This document shows positions 30,423 to 42,300 of a stretch of DNA of 64,000 nucleotides, one piece after another. The translations under genes were made by a program, and so were the position numbers. Each line of letters begins with the position of its first letter. The first letter of the stretch is position 1. The notes beneath the pieces are model-generated. The model ran no database searches. It was not told the DNA's origin and saw only the letters and a program-made list of their open reading frames with translations. The stretch is taken from the IMG/VR virus record IMGVR_UViG_3300009158_000048, positions 3,579 through 67,578 of that record; one strand, written 5' to 3'. This DNA is from a virus.

Positions 30423-33400
30423 TGTATAATAAAAAACTACTTAAGAACATAGTTGATGGTTTAGATAAAGCAAAGAAACCTAAAGCTGCAAAAGATATTA
30501 TTTATGATCCAAAAGGTCAATGGAAACATCCTGGTGAAGTAACACGTATTCCTTCTAGTTCAATTACTATGAAAGGAGTAGGGTATCCTGTATTAGGTGT
30601 TCCCAATAAGGGAGCGCCTTCTATGATGCAACCAAACCAAGATTATAACTTTCCAAATGCTGATTATGTTGATGAGTATCCACACATGGATGGTGGTGGA
30701 CAAATCTATACATATGCTGCAAGACCTGGTTCTTACTATAAGAAAGATGTAAATGGTAAGTGGTTGATTAAGAATGAAGGAACTAAAGGTAAATATGTTG
30801 CAGTTGATGATCCAAAAGGAACAAGAACAAAAGCTTTAAATGCTCAGGCAAAACCAATGCCTGCTAAAAAACCTGCTGTACAACAATCTAAGTATGATCC
30901 TTTGCATGATACAAGTAGTGTTCAAAAAGCTAATACAACCCAAGTAAGTAATCTAATAAAAAGAGATACGCCTGAGTTTATTACCAATCCCATAAAATAT
31001 AAGCATGATCAAGAAGTAAAGGCAAAGAAAGAAGTAAGAACAAAAGTACAAGATAAAAATAAAAAAGTAAAACAGTTTTATGAAGAGTATCATGAGTCTC
31101 CAAGATATACTGAGATGATTCAAAATAGTGATCCTGAAAACTGGACTGATTTTTACTTTGGAAGAAAAGAAAATTTAAAAGGACCACGTGTTGTAGTTAA
31201 AGATAAACAACCATTAGATAGCCCTAATACAGGTGGCTTTTCTATGAGTGATACTGGATGGATTACAGTATTACCACAAGGACAGGGTGTAAACGGCTTA
31301 TTACCTCATGAGTGGTCACATTCAACTGATAGACCTCTTAATCCTTGGGCAATAAATCCTTATACTAATAAACGTTATAACTTAGGTAACAATAATAATG
31401 ACAGATTAATTCCTGCAAAAGATCAACAATGGATAGCAAAACATAGAACTAATGATTGGTATCATTCACCTGAGTTTCAAAAGCTACCTCTTGAAGAAAA
31501 AAAAATTGAATGGAGAAATGTAAATGATCCTTGGTACAAAGCAAATGCTCAACAACAAAAAGAATGGTATGACTATGTAGGAGAAGACACTGAGACAAGA
31601 GCAAGGTTAAATGATATAAGATATCAATCTAAAGAAAGAGGTATCTATGATCCATTTACAGAAAAAGTAAGTCCGGCTACTTATAAAAAATTATTAAATA
31701 CAAAATTTGAAAGTGGTGATAAAGAAGGATTTGATGCACTTAAACAATTAAAAGATGTTTACACTGATGAAGAAATTCAATGGATGCTAAACAACATATC
31801 TAAAAATGAAAATCAAGAAGAAGATGTAAATGAAGGTATGGCAAGAAAAGGTGGTTCATTAAAGTCTAAGAAATATACAAGAAATTTAGATGGAACAAAT
31901 TATCTTTTTGCTGAGTCAAGTTTATTTAAAAAACCTAAGAAACTATCTAAGAAAAGAATCTTTCATCCTCATGCAAAATATTATAAAACAGGAGGTGAGT
32001 CAGGTTGTCCAGAAGGATATGCATTTAATCCTGTAACTGGAGAATGTGTTGAATGGGATCCTGAAGTATGGGACTCAGAAGAACAAGCAACATCCTATGA
32101 TCCAGTTGGAGATGTAATTTATATGAATCCAAATGATAGACCGGAAGGAATGTCAGATGAAGAGTATCAGCAAATGTATCAAGATCAACTTGAACACGAA
32201 CAATTGCACAGGCTTCAATGGGTAAACGGAGACTTAAAAGGTAGAACAGGTACACCATTAAGAATGCCATCTACAGTAGATAACCAAGAATATGATGGTG
32301 ATCATTATTATAACCGTAGATCAGAAGATGAAAGTGATTTAGGTAATTATTGGATGGAACAACATCCTAATGAAGCAAACTTTATTCCGGGTGATGTACT
32401 TTATGATAAAGTAATTAATCCTGCTATGTATGAAGTTCCTTGGACATCAGAGGGAGAAGCTAGAGGTTATGAATATAATGTACATGATGGCATGCCTTCT
32501 TTTTTTCCTAAAAAGAAAAAAGGTGGTGCATACTATGATGACTCTAGAGATGCTTGGGTAGATGCAGATGGAACAGTAGGACCTAATGGTCCTGCAAATT
32601 ATCAAGATGGTGGAGATTATATTGAAGCAGATCTTACACCAGAAGAGATACAAGAGTATGCTAAAGGTGGTTATATAGTAGAAGACATCTCTATACCTTC
32701 ATTAAATCAAAAACAAGTAGGAGGACCTCAAGGACCACCTCTATTAGTTAACAATGCTTTGTTAACATCAAATCAAAAGATTGCAGCAGCGGCACATACT
32801 TCCCCTACTAGGGAGAATGCAGCTAAACTCCAAAGTCTTAAAGACCAAAAAGTAAAAGAAGAAGCTGATAAAGCAGCAAGGATAGCAGCTTATAAAAAGA
32901 AACAAGCTGAAGAAAAAGCAAAGGCTGAAGGAATAGCTAGATGGTATGAAGAAGAAAAGAAAAGAAGAGCTGAAGAAGAAGTTCTATTTGGAAACAATGG
33001 CGTTCAAGCTTCTGATGCAACAAGAGTTGATATTGGATATTTGTCTCCTCTTGTTGGTATAGCTAAAAGAGAAGAACAAGATAAAAGAAATCAAGAAGAT
33101 AAAATATATAACTCTCAGCAAAACGCTATTAAAAAAGGATATAAGACCATCTATGATTATGAGAATGATCCAATGGGTGCCCAATGGGATAAAGCACAAG
33201 CTAATGAAGCTGCATGGCTTCAATCAGGTGCTGAAAGACCAATGGTCAACACAGGTGAGATGGGTTATAACAAAGGATTTACAAATGATAAAAGTGGTTG
33301 GGATCCTATAACTAAAAAGTATTATACTAAAACTGGTATCTATGATCCTAAAACTAAAAAATGGAAACCAAATCCATCTTACTTTAAAGGGTCAGGAGCA

Positions 33401-36199
33401 ATACAATCAGTAGATGAAGTTTGGGCAGCACCTATTGCTATACCAGCTGCTCTTGAAGGTATTGGTGCTTTAGCAGCATTAGAAATTCCAGGTCTTGGAG
33501 CAACAGTTGGTCAAGCAGTTAATGCGGGATTTGTTGCTCATGGTATAACTAAACTACCTGAGACAGGTGGAGCTTGGTATGATGCCTATAAATCTGGAAC
33601 AGGAGACTATAGAGATGCTATTGAAAAAACTTTTTGGAATGCATTAGATTTTGCTGGAGCAGGTGAATTAAAAAGTCCACTTAAACTACAAGCAGCAACT
33701 GCTGAAAAAGCATTAGCTGAAACACCATTACAAAAGTTTATTGGTAAGACTGGAGTAACTGCTGAAGAAATAGCTAATACTCATGTTGATGACTTTGATC
33801 CAATGGCATTTACAGATGACTTTGACAAGCTTCATACAGAAGGCTATCTGCAAGATGATTTAGCTGAAGCATTCCGTAGAATGGAAAATAGATCTAATCA
33901 ACTACCTGAACCACAAGTTGGAGAAATGATAAATCATCCTTTTCAAAACCGTGTTGTACCAATAGAAAATATTTCTAATGAAATAGATTATTTCCATCTT
34001 AAAGCAAGTCCAGAGAATATAGGCTATCCAGCTGCAAGAAATAGTGATCATTGGAATCAATTAAATAATGATTCTAGATTTTTTGTAAAACGCACAGATA
34101 GAAATGCTCATGCTATGGTAGATATGCCAATAAGTTTTGGGGAAGATTTACAAGATTTTCAAATGTTACCTATACCTATTGATAAGCTTGATCAATTTAG
34201 AATAAAACCAGCACTTGCTGGTGATGGATCAAAGGCCGCTCTAACAGCAGAAAGAGATTGGCTAATGGATGAGTATAAAAGTCTTGGTTTAGAAAAATAT
34301 GGTGATGATTATATAAATCATGCACCACATGACATTGGTCAAAGAGCATATGAGTTAGAAGCTGAAATTACAGCATTAAATAATAGATTAAGAACACAGG
34401 TTCAAAATGCAACAACATCTTCACCAGCTGCTGCGGATATAATGAATTTTAGAAATCAACCTGGATACATTAGTTCAACAGAACAAGCGGCAGTTGATAA
34501 TGCTTTTACAACTAGAGTACAATTACCAGTTGATGATATTGAAGAGTTTGCACATAATCCTTTTGCTGGATTACGCGGAGAAAGAGATATTGAAATAACA
34601 CCACTTAGAAGGGATACTGCATTGCGTATAAATAGTAATGTAGTTCCAGGAACAGGAGGTAGAACAGTTGCTGAAACTCTTGCAATGCATGACAATCCTT
34701 TAAATGCTATGATTGATGTGAGAAGATTTGCACAAGAAGGCATCATTGGTGAAAACAGTGCTGCAGATCTAATGACATATTTAAGACAGGAAATTAAAAA
34801 AATGCCTATAAAAGGTGATGAGAAAAAATTCTTTATAAAAGAAGCTAAAAGAATAAGTAATGTTCCAAAAGATGTTCCATATACAGGATCAGCATTGACT
34901 GATAGGGAACTTGATAAGTTAATGACAGCAATACCTCTTGAAGAACGTGAAGCTATACTTGCTAAGTATGGATATACTGTTGATGACTTAATTCAGTTTG
35001 ATGGTAAGTATGGAGCTAATGATCAATTAATGAACGTTGCACAAAACCAAGTATATGATGATATAAGATATTTTAAAGACCATGGTATTCCAAATCCTAA
35101 TCCTCCAGCTATTAATTTTAAAACTGGTGAAATATCTGATCTTTTAAAAGAAGACAATGAACTTGTTAATATTGGACTATCTGAAGAAACCTTAAAAACC
35201 ATTAATGAAACAAGATACCCTGGTACATTAAATGAACAAAGGGTAAAACCAAAAACTTCAGGTGTAGTAGAATATAATTATGTTGAAGAACAACAAATTC
35301 ATAAACTAAAGGATCCTAGTATAATTCCAGAAACAAAAGATCTTGATAAACTAATTAAAAGTTATGAAGAAGCAGTATCTAAATTACAAGATGGAGATCT
35401 TAAAGATGCATTAACAACACAACTTGAAGATTATAAAAGTACTAAATGGCTTAGAACAGAATATGCAGATGAATTAAAAGCTCAAGGACTTACACCAAGT
35501 GAAATTGAAAAAGCTTCAATTATTTCAAATCATGGGGGTAGAAAAAATATAATTGATGGAAAAGGAAATGTTGTTGGTACGTTAAATGCATATGCTGCAA
35601 AAACTTATGAAGGAACAAAAGGTTTTAAAATTGGAAGTACCGGAGTAAATTATAAATTTCACCCCTATAACTTAAAGCATAGTAAGTTTAAAAGCTGGGA
35701 TAAGGCACAAGAATATTTTGAAAAACAAATATTAGAAAAGAATTTAGCTACTATTACAAATGAAGCTGATAGGACAAATCCTATTATGATAAAACACTTT
35801 AAAAGACAAGCTAAAGTAAAAGCGGAAGAACTTGTAAAACAACTTCAAGATAACAATAATAACAGATGGGGTGAAGCATTATACCGTGGAGTACATCATG
35901 GTGTAAAAGATACTAAAGGTCCAGTATTTACAGATCAACATTTTGTAAGCACTAGTTTACCTGATGCATTTACTGGTACAAGAATTGAAAGGTATAGAGC
36001 CGAAGATTATTGGAATAGTCAAATGAAACAACTTAATGAACTAGGAGTTCCAAAAGCTGCAGCAGTTAAAATGCCTTCAACACATCCGGCATACAGTCAG
36101 TATGATATAAATGATTTAAATAATTTACCTCCAACAAATCTTGTTATTAAAAGAAAACAAGGAGGAGATATTGATAAACTAAATAAGTTTATTTATTAA
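30422..36199 (+). CDS. large modular virion cargo protein with two zincin-like HExxH domains
   Basis: HEWSH (31307) with downstream ETRAR and HEQLH (32195) with downstream EGEAR; eight xxxGG motifs; hydrophobic Ala/Gly segment. Confidence 0.6.
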   Translation: MYNKKLLKNIVDGLDKAKKPKAAKDIIYDPKGQWKHPGEVTRIPSSSITMKGVGYPVLGVPNKGAPSMMQPNQDYNFPNADYVDEYPHMDGGGQIYTYAARPGSYYKKDVNGKWLIKNEGTKGKYVAVDDPKGTRTKALNAQAKPMPAKKPAVQQSKYDPLHDTSSVQKANTTQVSNLIKRDTPEFITNPIKYKHDQEVKAKKEVRTKVQDKNKKVKQFYEEYHESPRYTEMIQNSDPENWTDFYFGRKENLKGPRVVVKDKQPLDSPNTGGFSMSDTGWITVLPQGQGVNGLLPHEWSHSTDRPLNPWAINPYTNKRYNLGNNNNDRLIPAKDQQWIAKHRTNDWYHSPEFQKLPLEEKKIEWRNVNDPWYKANAQQQKEWYDYVGEDTETRARLNDIRYQSKERGIYDPFTEKVSPATYKKLLNTKFESGDKEGFDALKQLKDVYTDEEIQWMLNNISKNENQEEDVNEGMARKGGSLKSKKYTRNLDGTNYLFAESSLFKKPKKLSKKRIFHPHAKYYKTGGESGCPEGYAFNPVTGECVEWDPEVWDSEEQATSYDPVGDVIYMNPNDRPEGMSDEEYQQMYQDQLEHEQLHRLQWVNGDLKGRTGTPLRMPSTVDNQEYDGDHYYNRRSEDESDLGNYWMEQHPNEANFIPGDVLYDKVINPAMYEVPWTSEGEARGYEYNVHDGMPSFFPKKKKGGAYYDDSRDAWVDADGTVGPNGPANYQDGGDYIEADLTPEEIQEYAKGGYIVEDISIPSLNQKQVGGPQGPPLLVNNALLTSNQKIAAAAHTSPTRENAAKLQSLKDQKVKEEADKAARIAAYKKKQAEEKAKAEGIARWYEEEKKRRAEEEVLFGNNGVQASDATRVDIGYLSPLVGIAKREEQDKRNQEDKIYNSQQNAIKKGYKTIYDYENDPMGAQWDKAQANEAAWLQSGAERPMVNTGEMGYNKGFTNDKSGWDPITKKYYTKTGIYDPKTKKWKPNPSYFKGSGAIQSVDEVWAAPIAIPAALEGIGALAALEIPGLGATVGQAVNAGFVAHGITKLPETGGAWYDAYKSGTGDYRDAIEKTFWNALDFAGAGELKSPLKLQAATAEKALAETPLQKFIGKTGVTAEEIANTHVDDFDPMAFTDDFDKLHTEGYLQDDLAEAFRRMENRSNQLPEPQVGEMINHPFQNRVVPIENISNEIDYFHLKASPENIGYPAARNSDHWNQLNNDSRFFVKRTDRNAHAMVDMPISFGEDLQDFQMLPIPIDKLDQFRIKPALAGDGSKAALTAERDWLMDEYKSLGLEKYGDDYINHAPHDIGQRAYELEAEITALNNRLRTQVQNATTSSPAAADIMNFRNQPGYISSTEQAAVDNAFTTRVQLPVDDIEEFAHNPFAGLRGERDIEITPLRRDTALRINSNVVPGTGGRTVAETLAMHDNPLNAMIDVRRFAQEGIIGENSAADLMTYLRQEIKKMPIKGDEKKFFIKEAKRISNVPKDVPYTGSALTDRELDKLMTAIPLEEREAILAKYGYTVDDLIQFDGKYGANDQLMNVAQNQVYDDIRYFKDHGIPNPNPPAINFKTGEISDLLKEDNELVNIGLSEETLKTINETRYPGTLNEQRVKPKTSGVVEYNYVEEQQIHKLKDPSIIPETKDLDKLIKSYEEAVSKLQDGDLKDALTTQLEDYKSTKWLRTEYADELKAQGLTPSEIEKASIISNHGGRKNIIDGKGNVVGTLNAYAAKTYEGTKGFKIGSTGVNYKFHPYNLKHSKFKSWDKAQEYFEKQILEKNLATITNEADRTNPIMIKHFKRQAKVKAEELVKQLQDNNNNRWGEALYRGVHHGVKDTKGPVFTDQHFVSTSLPDAFTGTRIERYRAEDYWNSQMKQLNELGVPKAAAVKMPSTHPAYSQYDINDLNNLPPTNLVIKRKQGGDIDKLNKFIY

Positions 36200-36206
36200 A
36201 TTAAAA

Positions 36207-36219
36207 ATTAGTATATTTA
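36207..36219 (+). promoter_or_regulatory. candidate promoter core (ATTAGTATATTTA)
   Basis: Intergenic variant of the TTWGTATATT element. Confidence 0.35.
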
Positions 36220-36235
36220 GATATATAGTATAATT

Positions 36236-39200
36236 ATGGCAAAAGTAAGAATACGTAGAGCTGGTCCTGGGGAAACTGCAGGATACTATAATAAGACAGC
36301 TATGTACTTAAAAAAAGCACAGATGGGACAAGAAGTACAAGCAGAAGAAGGTCAAGGACAAACACAAGATGAAATGGTTCAGGCATATTATATGTATGCT
36401 GAAGAACAGTTATCAAATGATATGTCACCTGATAAGGTGTATACTGAACTTGTAAGTAATGGTTTACCGGAAAAGATTGCATATCAGATGATTACATCTC
36501 TTATGGATAAACTTGTTGATGAAGGTGTTGTTAATCCAGACTATAAAAGAAACAAAGAAGATCAAGCTGCTGAAGAACAAAAAAGTCAAGAACAACAAGG
36601 TCAACAAGAACAAGCTCCAGCAGAACCATCAGCTGATCAACAACAACAAGATCAATCAATGTTTGAAGAAGATCAAGCCGCTGCTGATGCAGAAGAGGGG
36701 TACATTCAAGATAGGTCTTATATGCAAGATGGTGGTTATACAGAAGATGAACTTGCCGGTCAAAGTAATATAATGGATCAGTATAATCAAGTTAAAGATA
36801 ATGATACTGAACAGTTTGATTTTCAAGAACTAATAAGTAAAACTCCTGGTATTCAAGCTGGTTTAAACTTTCCAAGTTTAAGTGAATACATACCAGATTA
36901 TCAAGAACTTAAATGGAATAATATTGATGCTTTACAACCTACGCAAGATGATCAAAATTCATCACAACAACTTGATTCACAAAGAGTTGGTGGTATGGTT
37001 AGAAAAAAACAGTTTGTTAAAAATGTAATGTCTCTTTTGAAAAAACAAGCTGGAGGAGATGCTGCTGAACAACCAATGCAACCTGGACAAGAGGCAGCAC
37101 CTGAAGAAGAAAATAAAGATACCACATTAGGTAAAGGTAATCCAATGGATACACTTACGGAAGATGTTCAGAAACATAAAAATAATTTTTTAGGAGCTCT
37201 TAAAACTAAAGCAACTACAGTCAAAACAGAAGAGATGTATGACAAGTTGAAGAAGTCTAATGATCCTGCTTTGCAACAAATGGGAATGCAAGGAGAACAA
37301 CCAGAACAACAACCATTTCATCAAACAGGTGGTATGACTGGTGGTCAAGATCCATTGTTTAAATTTCTTGGTGGTGGTCAAGATTTTCAAGAAGACCCTA
37401 ATTACTATGAAGCAGATTTTTTACCTGAAGCAAAGTATGGTTATTCTACAGGAAACTTAAGAAGAGCTAAGGATGGTGTTGGTGTTGGTTTACATATAGA
37501 AACTGTTTATACTAATCCTCCAACTTATATTGTAAGAGATGAGGATGGTAAAGAAGTATTTAGTTCAAAAAATCCAGGTGAAGCCCAATCCTTTAAGGAT
37601 GGTAATAAAGAATCAAGTAATTCAGGAACGCATATTAATCCTGCTACAGGTAAAGCATTTACAAAAGAAGAATGGGATGCTGCATCTGCAAATAATAGAA
37701 AGATAGTTGAAGATGCAACTAATGGAATGTCTAAAAGACAAAAGGAAGCATGGATTCAACAACAACTTTATCTTAGACAACAACAACCAAGAGTAAATGC
37801 TGATGGAATTCCTATGGGTAGATATATTCCTCATTATGTAACTACTCCAGGAACATCCTTAAGAAGTTTAACTCCATGGAATCCTATATTCCAGTCTTCA
37901 GGTTTTACTGCTCAAAGAGGTAATCCTTATATGTATGGAACTAATACACCTTACATGGATCCATTAACTGGAATGAAGCCTGTTGCTAGACAAGTAACAA
38001 AAAGAGGTATGTTTGGAAGACCAAAAAGATATACTGATATTTATTCTATTTCAGGATTTCAAGGAGGTCAAGATGATAAAGGAAACGGAAACATAATAGC
38101 TGACGGTAATACTTTAATATTTCCACAAAGGGATTCAAAAGGTCATATAGATATATCTAATCAAGAACGTAATAGTGTTACTAGAGGTTTGAGTGCAAAT
38201 GCACAAGAAGCAATTAGAATGGGTGACAGACAAATGGATAGAAATGATAGGAGACTAGCAAGACATCCTGAATTACTTGATTCTGGTGTTGATAATAAAA
38301 CTGATGAGCAAGATGTACAAGAGTTTCAAGCCCGTCAAAAAGCACAAGGTAAAGTTTGGAATGAACAAACTGGACGTTGGGAAATAGCAAAAACAGAAGC
38401 AAGTGATCCTAATAACACTATGTTACTTGAAAGAAATCAACCTATTGAAACAGAAAGAGAACAACCTATTCAACCGGAACAAGGTGGTAACAATGTTGGA
38501 CCAATGGTAGATGGAGAAATGGCTTATGGAGGTTATATACCTCAAGGACGTTGGATGCCTAAAGCATCTGGAGGAATTGAGATCAATGATCCTAGCGCTC
38601 CTCAACCGCAACCAGGTAATCCTGATCTTGCAATGGGTACTCAACAAGCAGGGTTTATGGGTGATGTTACCCAAGGACCTAATAGTTCTTGGGGTGCAAT
38701 GCAATCATTTAATGCACCACCTCCAGCAGCCCCTGCAAGTATTCAAGCATACAATAATGATCCTATGAACAACATGACTGTTGAACCTGAGGGTGATGAT
38801 TTATCTAATTGTACAGAAGAACAAAAAAGAGATACAACTAGTAAATGTTATCAAGCTGGTCAACAAACTAAACTTGTTGGAGTAGACTTTGAAAGAAGTA
38901 AAAATAAAACTATTGATCCTGAAGCGGGAGTAAATGTTTTAAATGCAGGTGTCAGAGGTGTAACAGGATTCTTAAATAGAAAAGATGAGAAGAGAAAAGA
39001 AAAACAGATGTATGATAACTTATCATCTGATAATCTTTATGCTTCTCAAAGTACTAAACACCGTGGGGACTGGGTTGATATTGGATCTCAAGCAGGTCAA
39101 TACCGTTTTGATCAAATGGGTCAAGATAGAAGTGGTTTCTCCTCTTATGGTAAATATGGAGGATACATGCAAGATGGCGGAGAACAAGCTTACCTATCAG

Positions 39201-39313
39201 GAGATGACTTTCCTTCAGAAGATCCTCAATACAATGAAGGTGATGAAGTTTACATGACTGAAGATGATGTCAAAAACTTTATGGCTAATGGTGGACAAAT
39301 TGAATATTTATAA
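36236..39313 (+). CDS. Q/E-rich, largely disordered putative cargo protein with xxxGG motifs
   Basis: About ten xxxGG motifs; N-terminal KVRI shared with the next gene. Confidence 0.6.
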   Translation: MAKVRIRRAGPGETAGYYNKTAMYLKKAQMGQEVQAEEGQGQTQDEMVQAYYMYAEEQLSNDMSPDKVYTELVSNGLPEKIAYQMITSLMDKLVDEGVVNPDYKRNKEDQAAEEQKSQEQQGQQEQAPAEPSADQQQQDQSMFEEDQAAADAEEGYIQDRSYMQDGGYTEDELAGQSNIMDQYNQVKDNDTEQFDFQELISKTPGIQAGLNFPSLSEYIPDYQELKWNNIDALQPTQDDQNSSQQLDSQRVGGMVRKKQFVKNVMSLLKKQAGGDAAEQPMQPGQEAAPEEENKDTTLGKGNPMDTLTEDVQKHKNNFLGALKTKATTVKTEEMYDKLKKSNDPALQQMGMQGEQPEQQPFHQTGGMTGGQDPLFKFLGGGQDFQEDPNYYEADFLPEAKYGYSTGNLRRAKDGVGVGLHIETVYTNPPTYIVRDEDGKEVFSSKNPGEAQSFKDGNKESSNSGTHINPATGKAFTKEEWDAASANNRKIVEDATNGMSKRQKEAWIQQQLYLRQQQPRVNADGIPMGRYIPHYVTTPGTSLRSLTPWNPIFQSSGFTAQRGNPYMYGTNTPYMDPLTGMKPVARQVTKRGMFGRPKRYTDIYSISGFQGGQDDKGNGNIIADGNTLIFPQRDSKGHIDISNQERNSVTRGLSANAQEAIRMGDRQMDRNDRRLARHPELLDSGVDNKTDEQDVQEFQARQKAQGKVWNEQTGRWEIAKTEASDPNNTMLLERNQPIETEREQPIQPEQGGNNVGPMVDGEMAYGGYIPQGRWMPKASGGIEINDPSAPQPQPGNPDLAMGTQQAGFMGDVTQGPNSSWGAMQSFNAPPPAAPASIQAYNNDPMNNMTVEPEGDDLSNCTEEQKRDTTSKCYQAGQQTKLVGVDFERSKNKTIDPEAGVNVLNAGVRGVTGFLNRKDEKRKEKQMYDNLSSDNLYASQSTKHRGDWVDIGSQAGQYRFDQMGQDRSGFSSYGKYGGYMQDGGEQAYLSGDDFPSEDPQYNEGDEVYMTEDDVKNFMANGGQIEYL

Positions 39314-39322
39314 TTTCACAAG

Positions 39323-42300
39323 ATGTTAAGAAAAGTAAGAATTAAAAGACTGCCTCAAGCAAGAACTGGATACCAAGTACGTGGTTCATTATATAATGAT
39401 GTACCTTCTATGGGAGGTGGTGCTGACTATAATGCTTACATGGGGGAACCAAAACTTCAGGCAAGCAAATATATAACTGCTGTTCCAAGAGAAGACGCTA
39501 ACTTAGAAGCTGAAGGTGGAGAGACTGTATACGGTGACATCAATGGTGATGGTATGCCGGAACACAAAACCATTAAAGGTCCAAGACATAGTGAAGGTGG
39601 TGTACCATTAAAGTTACCAGATGATAGTTTTATTTTCAGTGATACAAAATCAATGAGAGTAAAAGAACCTGAGTTCTTAGCAATGTTTGGTAAAAAGAGT
39701 GGTTCATATACTCCCGCTGATTTAGCTAAACAGTATGATATTGAAAGATATAGAAAGATTTTACAAGATCCTAACTCAGATGTATTAGATAGAAAGACTG
39801 CAGAATTAATGCTTAAGAATTATACACTTAAGTTAGGAGCTCTTGCATTAGCACAAGAATCTAAAAAAGGATTTCCTCAAGGAATTCCAGCTGTTGCTCA
39901 ACCTTATATGCAAGCAATGGGTATCAAAGAAGAAGATGTTCTTCCGGAAAAACAAATAACAGATACTATACAACAGTTAGATCAACAACAACAACAATCT
40001 AATGATCAAAGAAGTGCAGATACTATGGCTTCTCCTACTGAACAACAAGATGAACAGTATGGGGCCGGAGCTGAAGAAGCACAAATGATGAATAGTGACC
40101 GTCCTGTGGCACAACCAGAGCCTATGCAAGATGAAGCTGCAGGTATGACACCAGAAGAAACGCAGATGCGTTATGGAGGAATGTCTCAGTATGCACATGG
40201 TGGATGGATGCCAGAAGAGATTGCTACATTTACAGGTAGTGTTCCTGAAGCAGCTTATGGTATGGCTATGGGAGCTAATCCACAAAACTATCAAGGACGT
40301 ACTAAACAACTTAGAGGTGCTTCCCGTTTCTTTAGTGAGGGTGGTTATTTACCAAAAGCAGCAAATGGTTTTGAAGTTGATGTAACCGGTATGACACCAG
40401 AACAAAGAGAGCGCGCATTATATGAGGCAAGAAAAGCTCATGCTGGTCAAGACATCATTCAAGTTGATAATGGTAAAAAAGGAAAAGTAACATATTCTAA
40501 AACAGGAAGTACAGATGTAGAAGGTGTTGACATGACTACATTTGGTAAAACACCAACGTCAGTTGCTGCTGCAGCTCAATACAAACTTCTTGAGAATAGT
40601 ATGAAGGATTCTGACATCAAGAAAAAACTTTGTGATGAGACTCAGGCTTCCCTAAAGGACCCAAAATCATACACAGGTAAAGGAGGAAAACCACAAAAAA
40701 CATGGGAACAAAGAGGCTATAAGATGCCAGACTGTGACGAAATTGCACAACAATTCTTAACACACCAAAAAAGAAACTTATCATTCCAAGGTCAAGGTAT
40801 TGATTCAAAATTATTTACAGATACAGGACAAGGTCTTGCATCTGCAGAGGATATCTTAAAAAGAAAAGCTATGAATCCTGAAACAGGTCAACCTGTTAAA
40901 GATTTAGCTGAGGCAACAAAAGTTAAAGAATACATGCGTACTACTTATGGTGGTGGCCGTGGTGGTGCTTATGGAAAACCAGGAGATGTAAAAGATGTTT
41001 CTATTGATGAGGTATCTGGTAAACTTGGTGTTCCATTAGATAATGATACTAAGACTAGAGCTTTACAACAAGCTACCTTCCATGGTTATGCACACATGGC
41101 TGAGAATAGAGGTAACTATGATGCGGACTTACAATATAAAACCCGTAACTTCTTAGGTGATCTTCAAGCAGGTGTGAATGATGAAAGCAGTATGGCAGGT
41201 GTATTTAACACTAAAGGTGTTCAGATATCTCCTATTGATGACTTTTATAAACCACAAGAAGGTAAGTATGGTAATACTACATTGGGTCACTTAGCTGGAA
41301 CAGGTCTTGACAAATATGATGTTGAAGACATTGTAGAAGGACCATGTCAATGTACTGATCCAACAGGAAAGATAGGACCATACAAACCAATGGTTGATGG
41401 TAAATGTTCATGTGATCCGGTAGAAAAGAAAAAATGTCCATGTATAAAACCTGATGGTACAAAAGTTGAATTAGAACCAGATCCTAATACTGGTATATGT
41501 CCTCCATGTGATGAGCCTGTAGAAGTTAAGAAACCAGCTGAATGGTGGTTACAAGATACTATTAAAACTACTGGAGCTTTTGGTGACTTAATGGGAATTA
41601 AAAAGCAAATGCCGTGGGCCCCTAGGGTAGATCTAGAGACTCCGCGTCCTACTTTCTTGGATCCTACAAGAGAACTTGCTGCTAATGCAGAACAAGCAAA
41701 CATTCAAACTCAAGGTGCAGCACAGTTTGCTGGACCACAAGCAATGTCTGCTAGATCATCTTCTGTTCAAGGACAAGCTTCTAAAAATGCTGCTGATATC
41801 CTTTCAAGATATAATAATGCAAATGTTAATACTGCAAATCAATTTGAGATGCAGGCAACAAACATTAGAAATCAAGAACAAGGAATGAACCAAGCTGCTA
41901 CTCAAAGAGTTTATGATCAAAATACAATGGCTAATCAACAATATGATAATGCTAAGTTGGCCATGAGAAACAATATGAGAAACCAGTATACTAATGCTGT
42001 TACAAATAGAGCTAAGACAGATGCAATGAATCAAATGTATCCACAGTTTGCTGTAAGTCCTGGTAATGGAGGCTTCATGCATTTTACTGAAGGACGTGAA
42101 CTTACAGGAGAAGCTTCTGGAAAAGGTGCCGACTACTGGACAGAAAGACAGAAATGTGTTGATGCGGGTGCAGAAGATCCGGATGCATGTGCTAAGAATG
42201 CTGTAGCTAATGCCGGAGGTGGTGGAGGCGGAACAGATAAATCTGAAGTTCTTAAACAAATGTATGGCAAAAGAGGCGGGCAAATGAAAGAAGGAGGTTT

